64,000 nucleotides of DNA from Methanobacteriota archaeon (GTDB lineage Archaea; Thermoplasmatota; Thermoplasmata; Methanomassiliicoccales; Methanomassiliicoccaceae): positions 3,955 through 67,954 of the forward strand of contig JAAYTA010000102.1 in assembly GCA_012518185.1 (NCBI GenBank). The letters are read 5' to 3'. The notes below the pieces were generated by a model. The model worked only from the letters and a program-made list of their open reading frames with translations. It made no database searches and had not been told where the DNA came from. Each line of letters opens with the position of its first letter. Within the stretch, counting starts at the first letter, position 1. Position numbers and translations under genes: made by a program. This document shows, piece after piece, positions 31,933 through 41,578 of the stretch.

Positions 31933-32162
31933 TGCCCCCCTCCGACAATATACTGAACGGTGGGGTTCTGAATCTCATCAGCGCTAAGGGCCTTAAGTTC
32001 ATCAATCTTGATCTCAGTACGCTTCAATCTGTGTCTACTTCCCAAGTCTGACATAACTTTCTCTGCAGCGCCCGACTCATCCAGGGCGGCCACCTCAATA
32101 CTGTATTTCTGCCAGGTAAATTTACCTGTCTTAATGGAACCAGTTGCTCTAAATGCCTTCAT
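31929..32162 (-). CDS. rpl18a: 50S ribosomal protein L18Ae (LX)
   Basis: MKAF...EKVMSDLGSRHRLKRTEIKI. Start reassigned to ATG 32162, which follows a GGAGAGGT RBS. Conserved rpl18a-pfdA-ftsY order. Confidence 0.92.
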   Translation of the reverse strand: MKAFRATGSIKTGKFTWQKYSIEVAALDESGAAEKVMSDLGSRHRLKRTEIKIDELKALSADEIQNPTVQYIVGGGQ

Positions 32163-32232
32163 GTGGATAACCTCTCCCTCGAACCTCATTACATCATTAA
32201 ATCTTTTGGTCTCCTTTACCTTAATTCTTACC

Positions 32233-33078
32233 ATGTCCAAAACATTTACTATATACTATCCGGGGAAAACATTTCCCGCGATTTCCATCACTGGGAGAGA
32301 ATGTGAGCTACAATGCGAACATTGTCGCGGCCACTATCTTCGGGGAATGCTATCCGCCGATACGCCTGATCGCCTGCTTGAAGTGGCTCATAAAATTAGG
32401 GCAGACGGTGCTATAGGTGCTCTAATAAGTGGCGGATGTGATAAATATGGAAGAGTACCCCTTAAGCCATTTCTTAGCGCAATTGGACAGTTACATAGAG
32501 AAAAATTAACCTTGAACATCCATTCTGGATTACTCGATGATGATGCAGCACGAGAATTAGTAGAAACCGGAGCAGATATATTTTCAGTTGATCTGCTACA
32601 AGATGAGGAAACAATCAGGGAAAAATTACATTTAAATGCGGGTCCGGAGGACTATGAGAGAACTATAGACTCACTGGCTTCAGCAGGAGCATCCGTAGTT
32701 CCCCACGTGTGCGTTGGATTACAATCGACAGAAAGCGAAGACCAGTGTATAAGAGTTCTCCAACGTTCCGATATAGTTAGCATAGTAGCACTAGCATTAA
32801 TGCCCATACCTGGAGAAAGTCCACTCATCGATATTGATGAACGGTTAGTCCGTTTTGTTGAACGTGCTTCACAAACGTCTGTTCCAGTACTAGTAGGCTG
32901 TATGAGACCAAGAGGAAAATGGGAGATGGAAGTTAAATGTATACTAGCTGGGGCAGCTGGTATGGTATCTCCTTCTCTAAAGACTATTAAATGGTTAGAA
33001 GAGAACGGATATGAAATCATAGAGAGAAAAGTCTGCTGTTCCTTACATAAAATGGCAACAGATTATAGTTTAGTCTGA
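32233..33078 (+). CDS. Radical SAM protein (biotin-synthase-related, uncharacterised)
   Basis: CELQCEHC (CxxxCxxC) and LISGG motifs. Start reassigned to ATG 32233 to avoid overlapping rpl18a. Confidence 0.85.
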   Translation: MSKTFTIYYPGKTFPAISITGRECELQCEHCRGHYLRGMLSADTPDRLLEVAHKIRADGAIGALISGGCDKYGRVPLKPFLSAIGQLHREKLTLNIHSGLLDDDAARELVETGADIFSVDLLQDEETIREKLHLNAGPEDYERTIDSLASAGASVVPHVCVGLQSTESEDQCIRVLQRSDIVSIVALALMPIPGESPLIDIDERLVRFVERASQTSVPVLVGCMRPRGKWEMEVKCILAGAAGMVSPSLKTIKWLEENGYEIIERKVCCSLHKMATDYSLV

Positions 33079-34284
33079 GGGTATTTCCAACGTAGCTTCT
33101 CGGCGCGCAATCAGGAATATAGCAAGATATAATGGTGCCTCACATAATCCTTCAAGATCGTATCTCTGGCCTCTTAAATTTCCTGTTTGGCGACCCTTAA
33201 CAAATATCTCAATCTCATCATCTGGGTACATATTTGGAACAGCATCTCTTAAAGGTTCAAAAGCTCCGAGAATTTCCCTACTCATAGGAACGACTTTTAA
33301 CCCGGTCTTGCCATGCAACGACTGAGGGAGCCTTATCAATCGCTTGATATCGCTAGTAACTGGCTCATCAATCTCGGACCTGAATCTTGGTCTTACTTCA
33401 TCGTATATGAGAGACATGAAGAGATTGAGATGGCGCCTGTCGGAGAAGTATGCAAACACATTATTCTCTAACATGAGCTTTGCACCCTCTGTTCCCTGAC
33501 TACGATCGTATAAATCATTTAGCATGCCCTGGATTATATTATTATTAATTTTAGATATAGTTGGAAATCTATTCTTAAGATCTGTAACATCTCGGGCACG
33601 CATATCCTCTATAAGCCATTCAATGCCAGTACGTAGCCTCTTTTTCCAGCCTCCTGAGGATGGTGATGGAATTGATCGAATACGACTCTCCTTAGTTCTC
33701 CCTTGGAATGTTTTGTAGGCTGCCACACGTTCTGGGAACACCCAGTCTATATTCAGATCAGTTCCCGATACATAATCTACGATCTCTCTGCGCTCATGAC
33801 TTTTCAGATGAATTATGCGCTCATCTGATACATGTATATGGTATCCTCTACCTCCCGAAAATACTATTTTGAGATCAGAAACATCCACTCCAAAGTCTCC
33901 AAGTAAAAAATCATCAATAAGGCGGATAAGCTCTACTTTAATTCGAGCTAGCATGTCTTCATATGACATACTATCAGCTCCCTTCATATGATCTGCATCT
34001 AGGTCGAATATAAGATCAGCGCCACCCCACCTTTTTTCATTCATAGTGGGAGCGCTTGGGAAGTGATAATATGCAGCAGAATGATAAACATGGGCTGGTA
34101 CTTGCGATATTAGGAAAGATTGCATCTCACCTTCTGTAGCGAACCCCATATGGCGTTGAACAAAATTACGATCGAAGAACATAAATCCGAATTCTCTTCG
34201 ATCCATATGTGGTGGCGATCTGGGCGGCTGGGCCTTGTAGAATCGATGGAACCAATCTATCAAAAACTCCTGATCTAGGCCCAT
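33070..34284 (-). CDS. priS: DNA primase catalytic subunit
   Basis: REFGF, HSAAYY, LIFDLDADH, SGGRGYH, IDEPVT.DIKRLIRLP.SLHGKTG. Confidence 0.95.
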   Translation of the reverse strand: MGLDQEFLIDWFHRFYKAQPPRSPPHMDRREFGFMFFDRNFVQRHMGFATEGEMQSFLISQVPAHVYHSAAYYHFPSAPTMNEKRWGGADLIFDLDADHMKGADSMSYEDMLARIKVELIRLIDDFLLGDFGVDVSDLKIVFSGGRGYHIHVSDERIIHLKSHERREIVDYVSGTDLNIDWVFPERVAAYKTFQGRTKESRIRSIPSPSSGGWKKRLRTGIEWLIEDMRARDVTDLKNRFPTISKINNNIIQGMLNDLYDRSQGTEGAKLMLENNVFAYFSDRRHLNLFMSLIYDEVRPRFRSEIDEPVTSDIKRLIRLPQSLHGKTGLKVVPMSREILGAFEPLRDAVPNMYPDDEIEIFVKGRQTGNLRGQRYDLEGLCEAPLYLAIFLIARREATLEIPSD

Positions 34285-34580
34285 GAAAAAAGCATTGGAA
34301 TGCCCCTATATCGAATTAACGCTAAAAATCCTATTGATGAAAGGACGATGAATGCAGCTAGTTGTGGAATAGATTCAACATCTGCAAGAGATACCACCTT
34401 ACTGTATCTAATGTTATAATTTAAGCGATCAGCGCTGGCATGTTATTAACGATGCCGGGCACTCAACGAATGCAGCAACTAATCTAGCGCTTAGAAGGGA
34501 TGCTACAGCTATGGAGTATGATATTGAATTTTGGGCAAACCTTAAAAGCAACCATAGCGTGGGAGTGAGAAGGTGAAAAG

Positions 34581-35462
34581 ATGGGAGCAGTAGGCGCCAA
34601 TGCGCGCGTTCTCTTGATATTTGCAGCCCTATCAGCCATATTCGTTGCCGTAGGATGGACTCTTGGCTCCTTATTCTTGGGTGACTGGGTTACAGGGGCA
34701 GTACTTTTCCTAGTGATAGCTGGGCTTATGAATTTCATTTCATATTTCTTCTCTTCTAAGATAGTTCTCATGTCTTATAGGGCCAAGTTAGTGACGGAAA
34801 TCGAGGCCCCTCGATTGCATAAGATAGTAAGACAAATCTCACAAACTGCTGGCATGCCTATGCCACAAGTAGCTATCGTGCCCTCTCAGACGCCAAATGC
34901 ATTTGCTACTGGGAGAAATCCTAAGCATGCAACGGTGGCAGCTACTGAAGGTTTGCTAAAAATGCTAAATGATGATGAGTTGACTGGTGTCATGGCACAT
35001 GAAATGGCTCATATCAAGGATCGAGATATATTAGTAATGAGTGTAGCAGCGACATTAGCTGGTGCCATATCCTTCGCCTCTCGCTATGTCTTCTGGGGAT
35101 CCTTATTTAGAGGAGGTGGGGGCAGAGATGATGGAACAGCCATTATAGCCATTGTAGCAGCCATCACTGCACCGATAGCTGCATTGCTATTACAGATGGC
35201 AGTATCTCGTTCCCGGGAATATTTGGCGGATAAGGAAGGTGCTGAGATGATAGGCCGTCCCATGACATTGGCTAATGCACTTAGGAAGCTAGATGGTTAT
35301 AATAAACGGATGCCTATGGAAATAGGTAGCCCCACATCATCATCCTTATGGATAGTCAACCCATTCAAGGGAAGTACCTTGGTTACACTATTCTCTACAC
35401 ATCCTCCAATAGAGGAGAGAATACGTCGCCTAGAAGAAATGGCTGGTTATAGCAGCCTCTAA
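34581..35462 (+). CDS. htpX: Zn metalloprotease HtpX (M48)
   Basis: PNAFATG, AHEMAH, SRSREYLAD and STHPP motifs. Confidence 0.93.
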   Translation: MGAVGANARVLLIFAALSAIFVAVGWTLGSLFLGDWVTGAVLFLVIAGLMNFISYFFSSKIVLMSYRAKLVTEIEAPRLHKIVRQISQTAGMPMPQVAIVPSQTPNAFATGRNPKHATVAATEGLLKMLNDDELTGVMAHEMAHIKDRDILVMSVAATLAGAISFASRYVFWGSLFRGGGGRDDGTAIIAIVAAITAPIAALLLQMAVSRSREYLADKEGAEMIGRPMTLANALRKLDGYNKRMPMEIGSPTSSSLWIVNPFKGSTLVTLFSTHPPIEERIRRLEEMAGYSSL

Positions 35463-35478
35463 ATCTTTTCTTTTCTAT

Positions 35479-36168
35479 TTATTTATCAGAAAATAATAGA
35501 TCATTTATCAGTCCCATCTCATGAACGAAATGGTATGGTCGCTCTAGAGATACAACATCAGTTAGTGAATGATGTGTATCTGCTCCCACTGATATACGAA
35601 CTTGGTCTTTAAATGCCTTAAAATAATTAGATGCTAGCTCGTAGAAGGGTATACCATAACGTCGATATGGTAGGGAAGAGTTAATTTCTACGAACATATC
35701 AAAATCCTGAAACCTGTTTGCAACTTTATCCGGCTCTATATTGAAATATATCCGTTCAATGTCCATATGAGCTATACCTCGTAATGGACGGATATCTGAT
35801 AGAATCGGCTCTAGTTCTTCTAGCGTTGACCCCTCACCATCTACGTACTCAAATAGGACTATATCCAGCTCGTTTAGCATATCGATAGGAAGCTCTTCAA
35901 GGTTGCACCTCGAAGGATCAGTATCAATTTCCACTCCAGCTAATACTTCTACATCTGGATGATGTTTTGCTGCTGACCGTATCTCTCTAATATATTCTTC
36001 AAATTGTACTGAGCGCAGACTATGTACTTTGGAGGTCTCGAAATGATCAGTTATTGCTATATGAGATAATCCTCCTCGCTCAGCGGCATTCACAATCTGC
36101 TCAATAGTGAAGTCACCATCTGAATATCTAGTGTGATTATGTAAATTAATCAACGTATTTGCTCCCAT
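35479..36168 (-). CDS. PHP-domain hydrolase
   Basis: HNHTRYSDG, ITDH, GVE and ADTH motifs. Confidence 0.88.
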   Translation of the reverse strand: MGANTLINLHNHTRYSDGDFTIEQIVNAAERGGLSHIAITDHFETSKVHSLRSVQFEEYIREIRSAAKHHPDVEVLAGVEIDTDPSRCNLEELPIDMLNELDIVLFEYVDGEGSTLEELEPILSDIRPLRGIAHMDIERIYFNIEPDKVANRFQDFDMFVEINSSLPYRRYGIPFYELASNYFKAFKDQVRISVGADTHHSLTDVVSLERPYHFVHEMGLINDLLFSDK

Positions 36169-37451
36169 TTCTCCAATTCTTGAACTCCGGATAGTGTACT
36201 ACCACGTTTAATTTCCTCGCGCACTCTTTCCTCTCGTTCAGCTACGTCTACAGCACGATTAGCAATCTCTACTGCTCGCTCCTGTGGGATAACTACTACG
36301 CCTGAACCGTCACCGACGATCCAATCTCCTGTTCTCACTGGCTGTCCTCCGCATATTATCTCATGCCCAAATCCGCCATATCCCTTTGGCTCTCCTGCGT
36401 TTGGTGCTACATGGCGTGAAAATACTGGGAACTCTATGTCATATATCTCATCAAGATCGCGGATAGCACCATCAATGACCACTCCCAACACTCCCTTGGA
36501 GCGGCAACTCCATGCTGCTAGCTCACCGAATACTGCAATATCGCTGCCACCTGCATCGATGACCAAAACGTCACCTGGCGATGCCCTATCTATAGCTTCT
36601 ACTGGCTTACACCAGTCCCCCTTGGCAGTTTGAACCGTAAATGCACGCCCAACGAGTTTGATGCCAGGCTTATTGCGCGAATAAATGTCTTCCATTACGC
36701 CAAATTTATGCATGGCGTCGGCGACATTGCACGATGATGTTTTGGAAAGTGCTTCAAATAATTCCTCGGCGGCGAATTTTCGCGACGATACGCCTGCTAT
36801 CTCTCTTCGTTCGATTATAGATTTCTTGAGCTGAGCAGCCGCTGAGCTTACATCTCTATTTTTAATTATGCTGCCTCCGGCGATTATTATGCTAGCTCCT
36901 GCATCCAATAGATTGGGTGCGGTCTCTGAGGTGATTCCTCCTGCCACGGCTATAGGTATTGACACTGCGGAGGCTAATTCTTTTAACACATCTATTGGTG
37001 AGCCCTTAGCTCGCATCTGTTCGTCTATGCCAACATGCAAGCATATGTATGAGGCACCAAGCTCCTCTGCTTTCTTGGCTCTAGATATCTTATCTTCCAC
37101 ACCTATCAGATCAACCATAATCTTAGCGCCATATTGACGTGCAGTCATTACTGCCTCAGATATGGTCCCATCATCTGCCAATCCTAAAACTGAAATAATA
37201 TCGGCGCCCGCCTTGACGGCTATTTCTACCTCGAACCCTCCCACATCCATAGTTTTCATATCAGCCACTAATATGCGATCTGGAAATGTTCGCTTAAGAA
37301 CTCTCAACGCCTCAGCGCCCTCGGATTTTACTAGCGGAGTACCTGCTTCTATCCAATCTGCGCCACCTTCCACCGCTTCAGCTGCAATCTCCACGGCACG
37401 CTTCAGGTGCATAAGATCCAAGGCTACTTGGAGAACGGGTTTCATAATCAT
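36150..37451 (-). CDS. 3-hexulose-6-phosphate synthase fused to an RraA/HMG-aldolase-like domain
   Basis: N-terminal LQVALD, EAGTPL, ADMKTMD, HVGID; C-terminal VADAM, GELAA, GVVIDGAIRD, GDGSGVVVIP. Confidence 0.88.
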   Translation of the reverse strand: MIMKPVLQVALDLMHLKRAVEIAAEAVEGGADWIEAGTPLVKSEGAEALRVLKRTFPDRILVADMKTMDVGGFEVEIAVKAGADIISVLGLADDGTISEAVMTARQYGAKIMVDLIGVEDKISRAKKAEELGASYICLHVGIDEQMRAKGSPIDVLKELASAVSIPIAVAGGITSETAPNLLDAGASIIIAGGSIIKNRDVSSAAAQLKKSIIERREIAGVSSRKFAAEELFEALSKTSSCNVADAMHKFGVMEDIYSRNKPGIKLVGRAFTVQTAKGDWCKPVEAIDRASPGDVLVIDAGGSDIAVFGELAAWSCRSKGVLGVVIDGAIRDLDEIYDIEFPVFSRHVAPNAGEPKGYGGFGHEIICGGQPVRTGDWIVGDGSGVVVIPQERAVEIANRAVDVAEREERVREEIKRGSTLSGVQELEKWEQIR

Positions 37452-37485
37452 ATGAAAAACACATACTATAGTTATGTTTTTCTAG

Positions 37486-37505
37486 AACTCTGACTAACTC
37501 TGACT
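37486..37505. repeat. 10-bp tandem direct repeat AACTCTGACT x2
   Basis: Exact duplication in the intergenic region between the hps fusion and the pilin gene. Confidence 0.6.
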
Positions 37506-37674
37506 AGTTAATATAGCGAATACCTGTCAATTCGAAGATCGAAATTTTAATGTCAAAGTCCGTTCTCATAAATCTCTATGTTCTATTTACTGAATAACAA
37601 CATACATATCTTTATTAAATCTACAGCTTCATCTCACATATTGGTGGGTCTCCTATCAAAATTGAGGATCTAGC

Positions 37675-38142
37675 ATGAAGTCGCATGTGAAGAAGTGGAA
37701 AGATCGTAGAGGTGTATCACCCGTTATCGCCACCATCTTAATGGTTGCAATTACTGTTGTACTAGCTGCTGTCCTATATGTGATGGTCATGGATCTCACT
37801 GGGGATATAGATCAACCGCCGCATGTGGAGTTAACTAAGAAAGGCGATAAAATAATTATCACAATAAATCCTGCAACTGCGTTTGATGCAAAATCTCTAA
37901 GGTTTAGTGTCAATGATGAGCCCCAGAAATGGTTTGCCGAGTTAGAGAATGGAAAATGGATCGGGGAATCGATTACTATAGGAGAGGAAGAAAATCCCGA
38001 GGCAAAAGTAACATTTCATGATTCTGGGAGAGACGATAAGGTAACCACGGCAGATTACTTCACATATGAAGGAACAGGAACTCTCGAGATATTCTGGGTC
38101 AGTGGCGATACAGTTCAACTTCTGAGAAGTATAAAGTTCTAA
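37675..38142 (+). CDS. Archaeal type IV pilin (DUF1628-type)
   Basis: Class III signal peptide KDRRG|VSPVIATILMVAITVVLAAVLYVMV. Confidence 0.9.
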   Translation: MKSHVKKWKDRRGVSPVIATILMVAITVVLAAVLYVMVMDLTGDIDQPPHVELTKKGDKIIITINPATAFDAKSLRFSVNDEPQKWFAELENGKWIGESITIGEEENPEAKVTFHDSGRDDKVTTADYFTYEGTGTLEIFWVSGDTVQLLRSIKF

Positions 38143-38177
38143 TATTTATTAGAAGAAAATTCTCTCTTCTGACCTTT

Positions 38178-38453
38178 GTGGCGATATCTATTAGCTACTA
38201 CCGCGCGTCATATGAGATACCAGCTAGCAATTTGGATTCAATGTCAATCACAGACACTCAACACATCGTCATATTCAGATTATTAAAAGGACATAAACTA
38301 ACAACCATCGAGATAGGGAACAAACTAGAATCTATTGATAGGGAGTGCCCTGATGATCTTGCCAGGACACTCAATATAATGCGCCGAAAAGGATTCATCA
38401 ATGGTGAATTATCAACTGAGAAGGGTGCATGGGTATGGTGGGTCGAAGAGTAG
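38178..38453 (+). CDS. Hypothetical small protein, winged-HTH-like
   Basis: TTIEIGNKL..CPDDLARTLNIMRRKGFINGE..WVWW pattern. Start is uncertain. Confidence 0.6.
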   Translation: MAISISYYRASYEIPASNLDSMSITDTQHIVIFRLLKGHKLTTIEIGNKLESIDRECPDDLARTLNIMRRKGFINGELSTEKGAWVWWVEE

Positions 38454-38480
38454 TTGATCTCTTATTCTAATTACACAGCT

Positions 38481-39254
38481 ATGCGAACGATACGCTCAAA
38501 TGGCCTGGAAAGACGATATCTCTTACATGTTCCGATAGATATTGCGACCTGCCCCGATCTTGTGATAGCACTCCATGCATTGGGAACTAATCCTAGTATA
38601 ATGGAATTTATGACAAAACTATCTTCAAAGGCTGATGAGCACGGATTCATAGTGATATATCCTGAGGGAACAATATCGTCCACTGGGATGGCATCATGGA
38701 ATGCAGAGTTCTGCTGCGGCGATAGCGCATTAGAGAAGGTAGATGACGTACTCTTTATATCTGATTTAATAGATATTTTAAGAGAGAATCACAATATCAA
38801 TAATGTGCTAGTAACTGGATTCTCTAATGGCGGCATGCTCACGCATATACTAGGGGTCAAACTTTCAGAAAAAATACAAATGATCGCTCCTGTGGGAGCA
38901 ACTATTAGTGATGAGATACTGAATCTCAATCCAGAAAGGTCGATGGAAGTATTGATCATACATGGGCAGGAAGATCAGATAATTCCATTATACAAAAGCA
39001 AAGGTAACTCACTACCTGCAATAGAGGCAGAACAATACTGGGCGCGAGTTAATAAGTGTGATATCATTGAAAAAAATGAGACTCCAGAGGCGATTTTCCA
39101 TAATTATGAAAATTCGCATAAAGTCACATCTATTATCGTAAAGAATGCTGGCCATGTGTGGCCAGGTGGCCAATCTCGTATGTTAGAGCAACATGATCCA
39201 AAGACAATAGATGCTACCAGTCAAATACTCGATCGATTCCTATCTCAGAACTGA
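38481..39254 (+). CDS. PHB-depolymerase/LpqC-like esterase (alpha/beta hydrolase)
   Basis: RRYLLHVP, LVIALH, WNAEFCCG, VDDV.FI, GFSNGG (Ser), HGQED (Asp), GHVWPGG (His). The track start is TTG 38454. Confidence 0.85.
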   Translation: MRTIRSNGLERRYLLHVPIDIATCPDLVIALHALGTNPSIMEFMTKLSSKADEHGFIVIYPEGTISSTGMASWNAEFCCGDSALEKVDDVLFISDLIDILRENHNINNVLVTGFSNGGMLTHILGVKLSEKIQMIAPVGATISDEILNLNPERSMEVLIIHGQEDQIIPLYKSKGNSLPAIEAEQYWARVNKCDIIEKNETPEAIFHNYENSHKVTSIIVKNAGHVWPGGQSRMLEQHDPKTIDATSQILDRFLSQN

Positions 39255-39752
39255 CTCATCCTTTGATTCCAGTTTCTCATGCATTCTTGGCCGAGGATTC
39301 GGTGCTCTCTTATTATTAGATACTGGAGGATAATAAGCTATTACCAGTGTATTGGATACAGTATCTATCCATCGTTTTCGTGGATCTCCTTCAGTGGCCA
39401 GGCCTACTGCTACATCAAATGGTAAGAAGATGAACCAGAATAATTTGGATATAGATCTAATAAAAGTCTGCTTGTATGATCGTCGTCCCTTTAAGGATAC
39501 CACTTTCTGACGTACCAGTGCTTTACCCAATGTACGTCCATATCTACCCTCGCAAACACTAGCATATACGAGCCATATAATCCCAGTCACAATGCTGGCA
39601 GCGACTGTATCATATGGCAGATCGAAATAAGATATGACTATCCATATGGGAGTGAATATGATGGTTACATCTATGAGTCCAGCCACTAATCGCTTTAGCC
39701 AATGATTCCTAAGCGCACTATTACTTCCCAGTAAATCGAAGCCCGTATACAT
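39240..39752 (-). CDS. RDD family membrane protein
   Basis: KRLVAGLID, GRTLGK and R.ID motifs, with TM helices. Confidence 0.85.
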   Translation of the reverse strand: MYTGFDLLGSNSALRNHWLKRLVAGLIDVTIIFTPIWIVISYFDLPYDTVAASIVTGIIWLVYASVCEGRYGRTLGKALVRQKVVSLKGRRSYKQTFIRSISKLFWFIFLPFDVAVGLATEGDPRKRWIDTVSNTLVIAYYPPVSNNKRAPNPRPRMHEKLESKDESVLR

Positions 39753-40011
39753 CCTATTTCATCAGGTAATCAGAATTTAACGCAATAATATTTTGGTTAT
39801 GATGATCTACTAAGATGTGACTTCCATAAAATAATAGTGGGGTTCGTGATGAATGAGTTAGATCTCTTTCAGCTCGCCCATCACTCATCATAAATCAGTT
39901 CTAAAGACTTCATCACTAAGAGATCTATAGGATCTACAGGAGAAGGGATGAAGATAAACGTTATGCCGACAAATCTTTCTCATATCGAAAGCACATTAAT
40001 GCATTGCGAAG

Positions 40012-40461
40012 GTGAATATAGTGATAAGACAGACTATCGATGCTCCCGGACCTAAAGATCGCGTTCTGTTTATATGCAGATATAATTCGGCACGCTCGCA
40101 GATGGCAGAAGCTCTACTGAGGAAGAAGTACGGCGATCGTTTTGAAGTCGACAGTGCTGGTATACTGCCAAAGGCGATTGATCCACTGGCCGTGCAGGCT
40201 ATGCAAGAGATAGGTATTGATATATCGATGAATAGGGCAAAAAGTGTCGATGAATTCATACGTCCTGGAGAGGAGTTTGAGTATGTTATCACCCTATGTG
40301 ACGACGCGGCTAAGGAATCACCTTTCCTCCCGGCGACGCATCAGGTATTCAAGCCGTTCAAGGATCCTAGTCATTTCTATGGGACTGATGAAGAGAATTT
40401 AGCTAATATGCGATCTCTAAGGGATCAGATATCTAGATGGATTGACGATTTCTTTCGCTGA
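40012..40461 (+). CDS. arsC: LMWP-family arsenate reductase/phosphatase, lacking the resolving Cys
   Basis: VLFICRYNSARSQMAE P-loop, SAG, YVITLC and DP motifs. Confidence 0.82.
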   Translation: MNIVIRQTIDAPGPKDRVLFICRYNSARSQMAEALLRKKYGDRFEVDSAGILPKAIDPLAVQAMQEIGIDISMNRAKSVDEFIRPGEEFEYVITLCDDAAKESPFLPATHQVFKPFKDPSHFYGTDEENLANMRSLRDQISRWIDDFFR

Positions 40462-40625
40462 TAACATTAGAAGACATCAATGAGTTAGATAACCTACTAT
40501 GATGGCACATCGTTTACAATAGTGAATACAATATGACGATGGCCTTTGAATACTAACATACTAATCTCTACAGCCAGTAGCATGGCAAAGATATATTCAT
40601 ATAATGGCCGTAAGGGGTAAGTAAT

Positions 40626-41150
40626 ATGGCAGTGCGACTTTACATCTATGATGAGAAGCAATGCAGCCCTAAGAAATGCACTGGTCGGAGGCTAGTGCGC
40701 TTCAATCAAGCTCAGGAGATCAAATCTTTACGTCGTATTCCGAGCGGCTCTATAGTCCTAACTCCTTGGGCTGAAAAATCAATATCTAGAGAAGACTCTG
40801 CTCGTGCTGCTGCCCGTGGCCTAGTCGCATTAGATCTCTCCTGGAGAAATATCGATAACATTCCTAGAGATCTGAGAGGTGTCAGGGAACGATCATTGCC
40901 ATTCCTCGTAGCTGCTAATCCAGTAAACTGGGGCAGACCTTTCAAATTAACATGTGCTGAAGCATTAGCTACTGCGCTATACATTATGGGATTCAAAGAA
41001 CAGGCTCATCAGACTATGTCAAAGTTCAATTGGGGAGAAGAACTCTTCCGAGTGAACAGAGAGCCACTAGAATTATACTCTAATGCCAAAACTAGCGCTG
41101 AAGTAGTGGCAATACAATCAGAATTTTTATCCGATGATCCTTCAGAATAG
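40626..41150 (+). CDS. tsr3: 16S rRNA aminocarboxypropyltransferase Tsr3 (DUF367)
   Basis: QCSPKKCTG, LDLSW, RSLPFLVAANPVNWGRPFKLTCAEA, F.WGE. Confidence 0.93.
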   Translation: MAVRLYIYDEKQCSPKKCTGRRLVRFNQAQEIKSLRRIPSGSIVLTPWAEKSISREDSARAAARGLVALDLSWRNIDNIPRDLRGVRERSLPFLVAANPVNWGRPFKLTCAEALATALYIMGFKEQAHQTMSKFNWGEELFRVNREPLELYSNAKTSAEVVAIQSEFLSDDPSE

Positions 41151-41578
41151 GTATAACAGCCTCATTAGCCAATTCTAAACACTACATATCAAAACCACTA
41201 ATGTGACTCATACAACTGTCTATGTCTAAAATAGAATCATTAAATTAATTTTCATTTTTTTACGTATTCTGAAGGTGAAGTAAAGACGATGTTAAAAATT
41301 TGTAGCTTCATTAGCTACATAGATCTTACAGATACGCGTACATCCACTCTATTTTTGGTACACACTCTCCCTCATCTTGACAAAATTCTTTAATCTAGTC
41401 CCTGATACTTTTCTTACATTTGTAAAGCCTTGCTGAAAATACAATGATCAACATCATTGTAAGCAAATGACGAATTCGAAGAATGATTATCAAATAAATT
41501 GTTAGTAGCGCAACACTCAAAAAGAATCATTCTTTGGATAAACTTCCGTGTGATCGAGGGTAAGAGGTAGGTGAAGTA

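Noticed and set aside
32008-32240. Apparent head-to-head overlap of rpl18a and the radical SAM gene
   Set aside because: This is an artefact of longest-ORF starts. ATG 32162 and ATG 32233 leave a 70-bp divergent spacer.
39846-39891. C/D-box sRNA candidate (minus strand ATGATGA, 12 nt, CTGA)
   Set aside because: No C' or terminal D box follows. The motifs are explained by an imperfect hairpin (GTGATG..CATCAC).
41289-41393. 34-codon ORF (MLKICSF...) in the spacer upstream of mcm
   Set aside because: The RBS-like AGGTGA is far from the ATG, the peptide has no recognisable features, and ORFs this short arise by chance.
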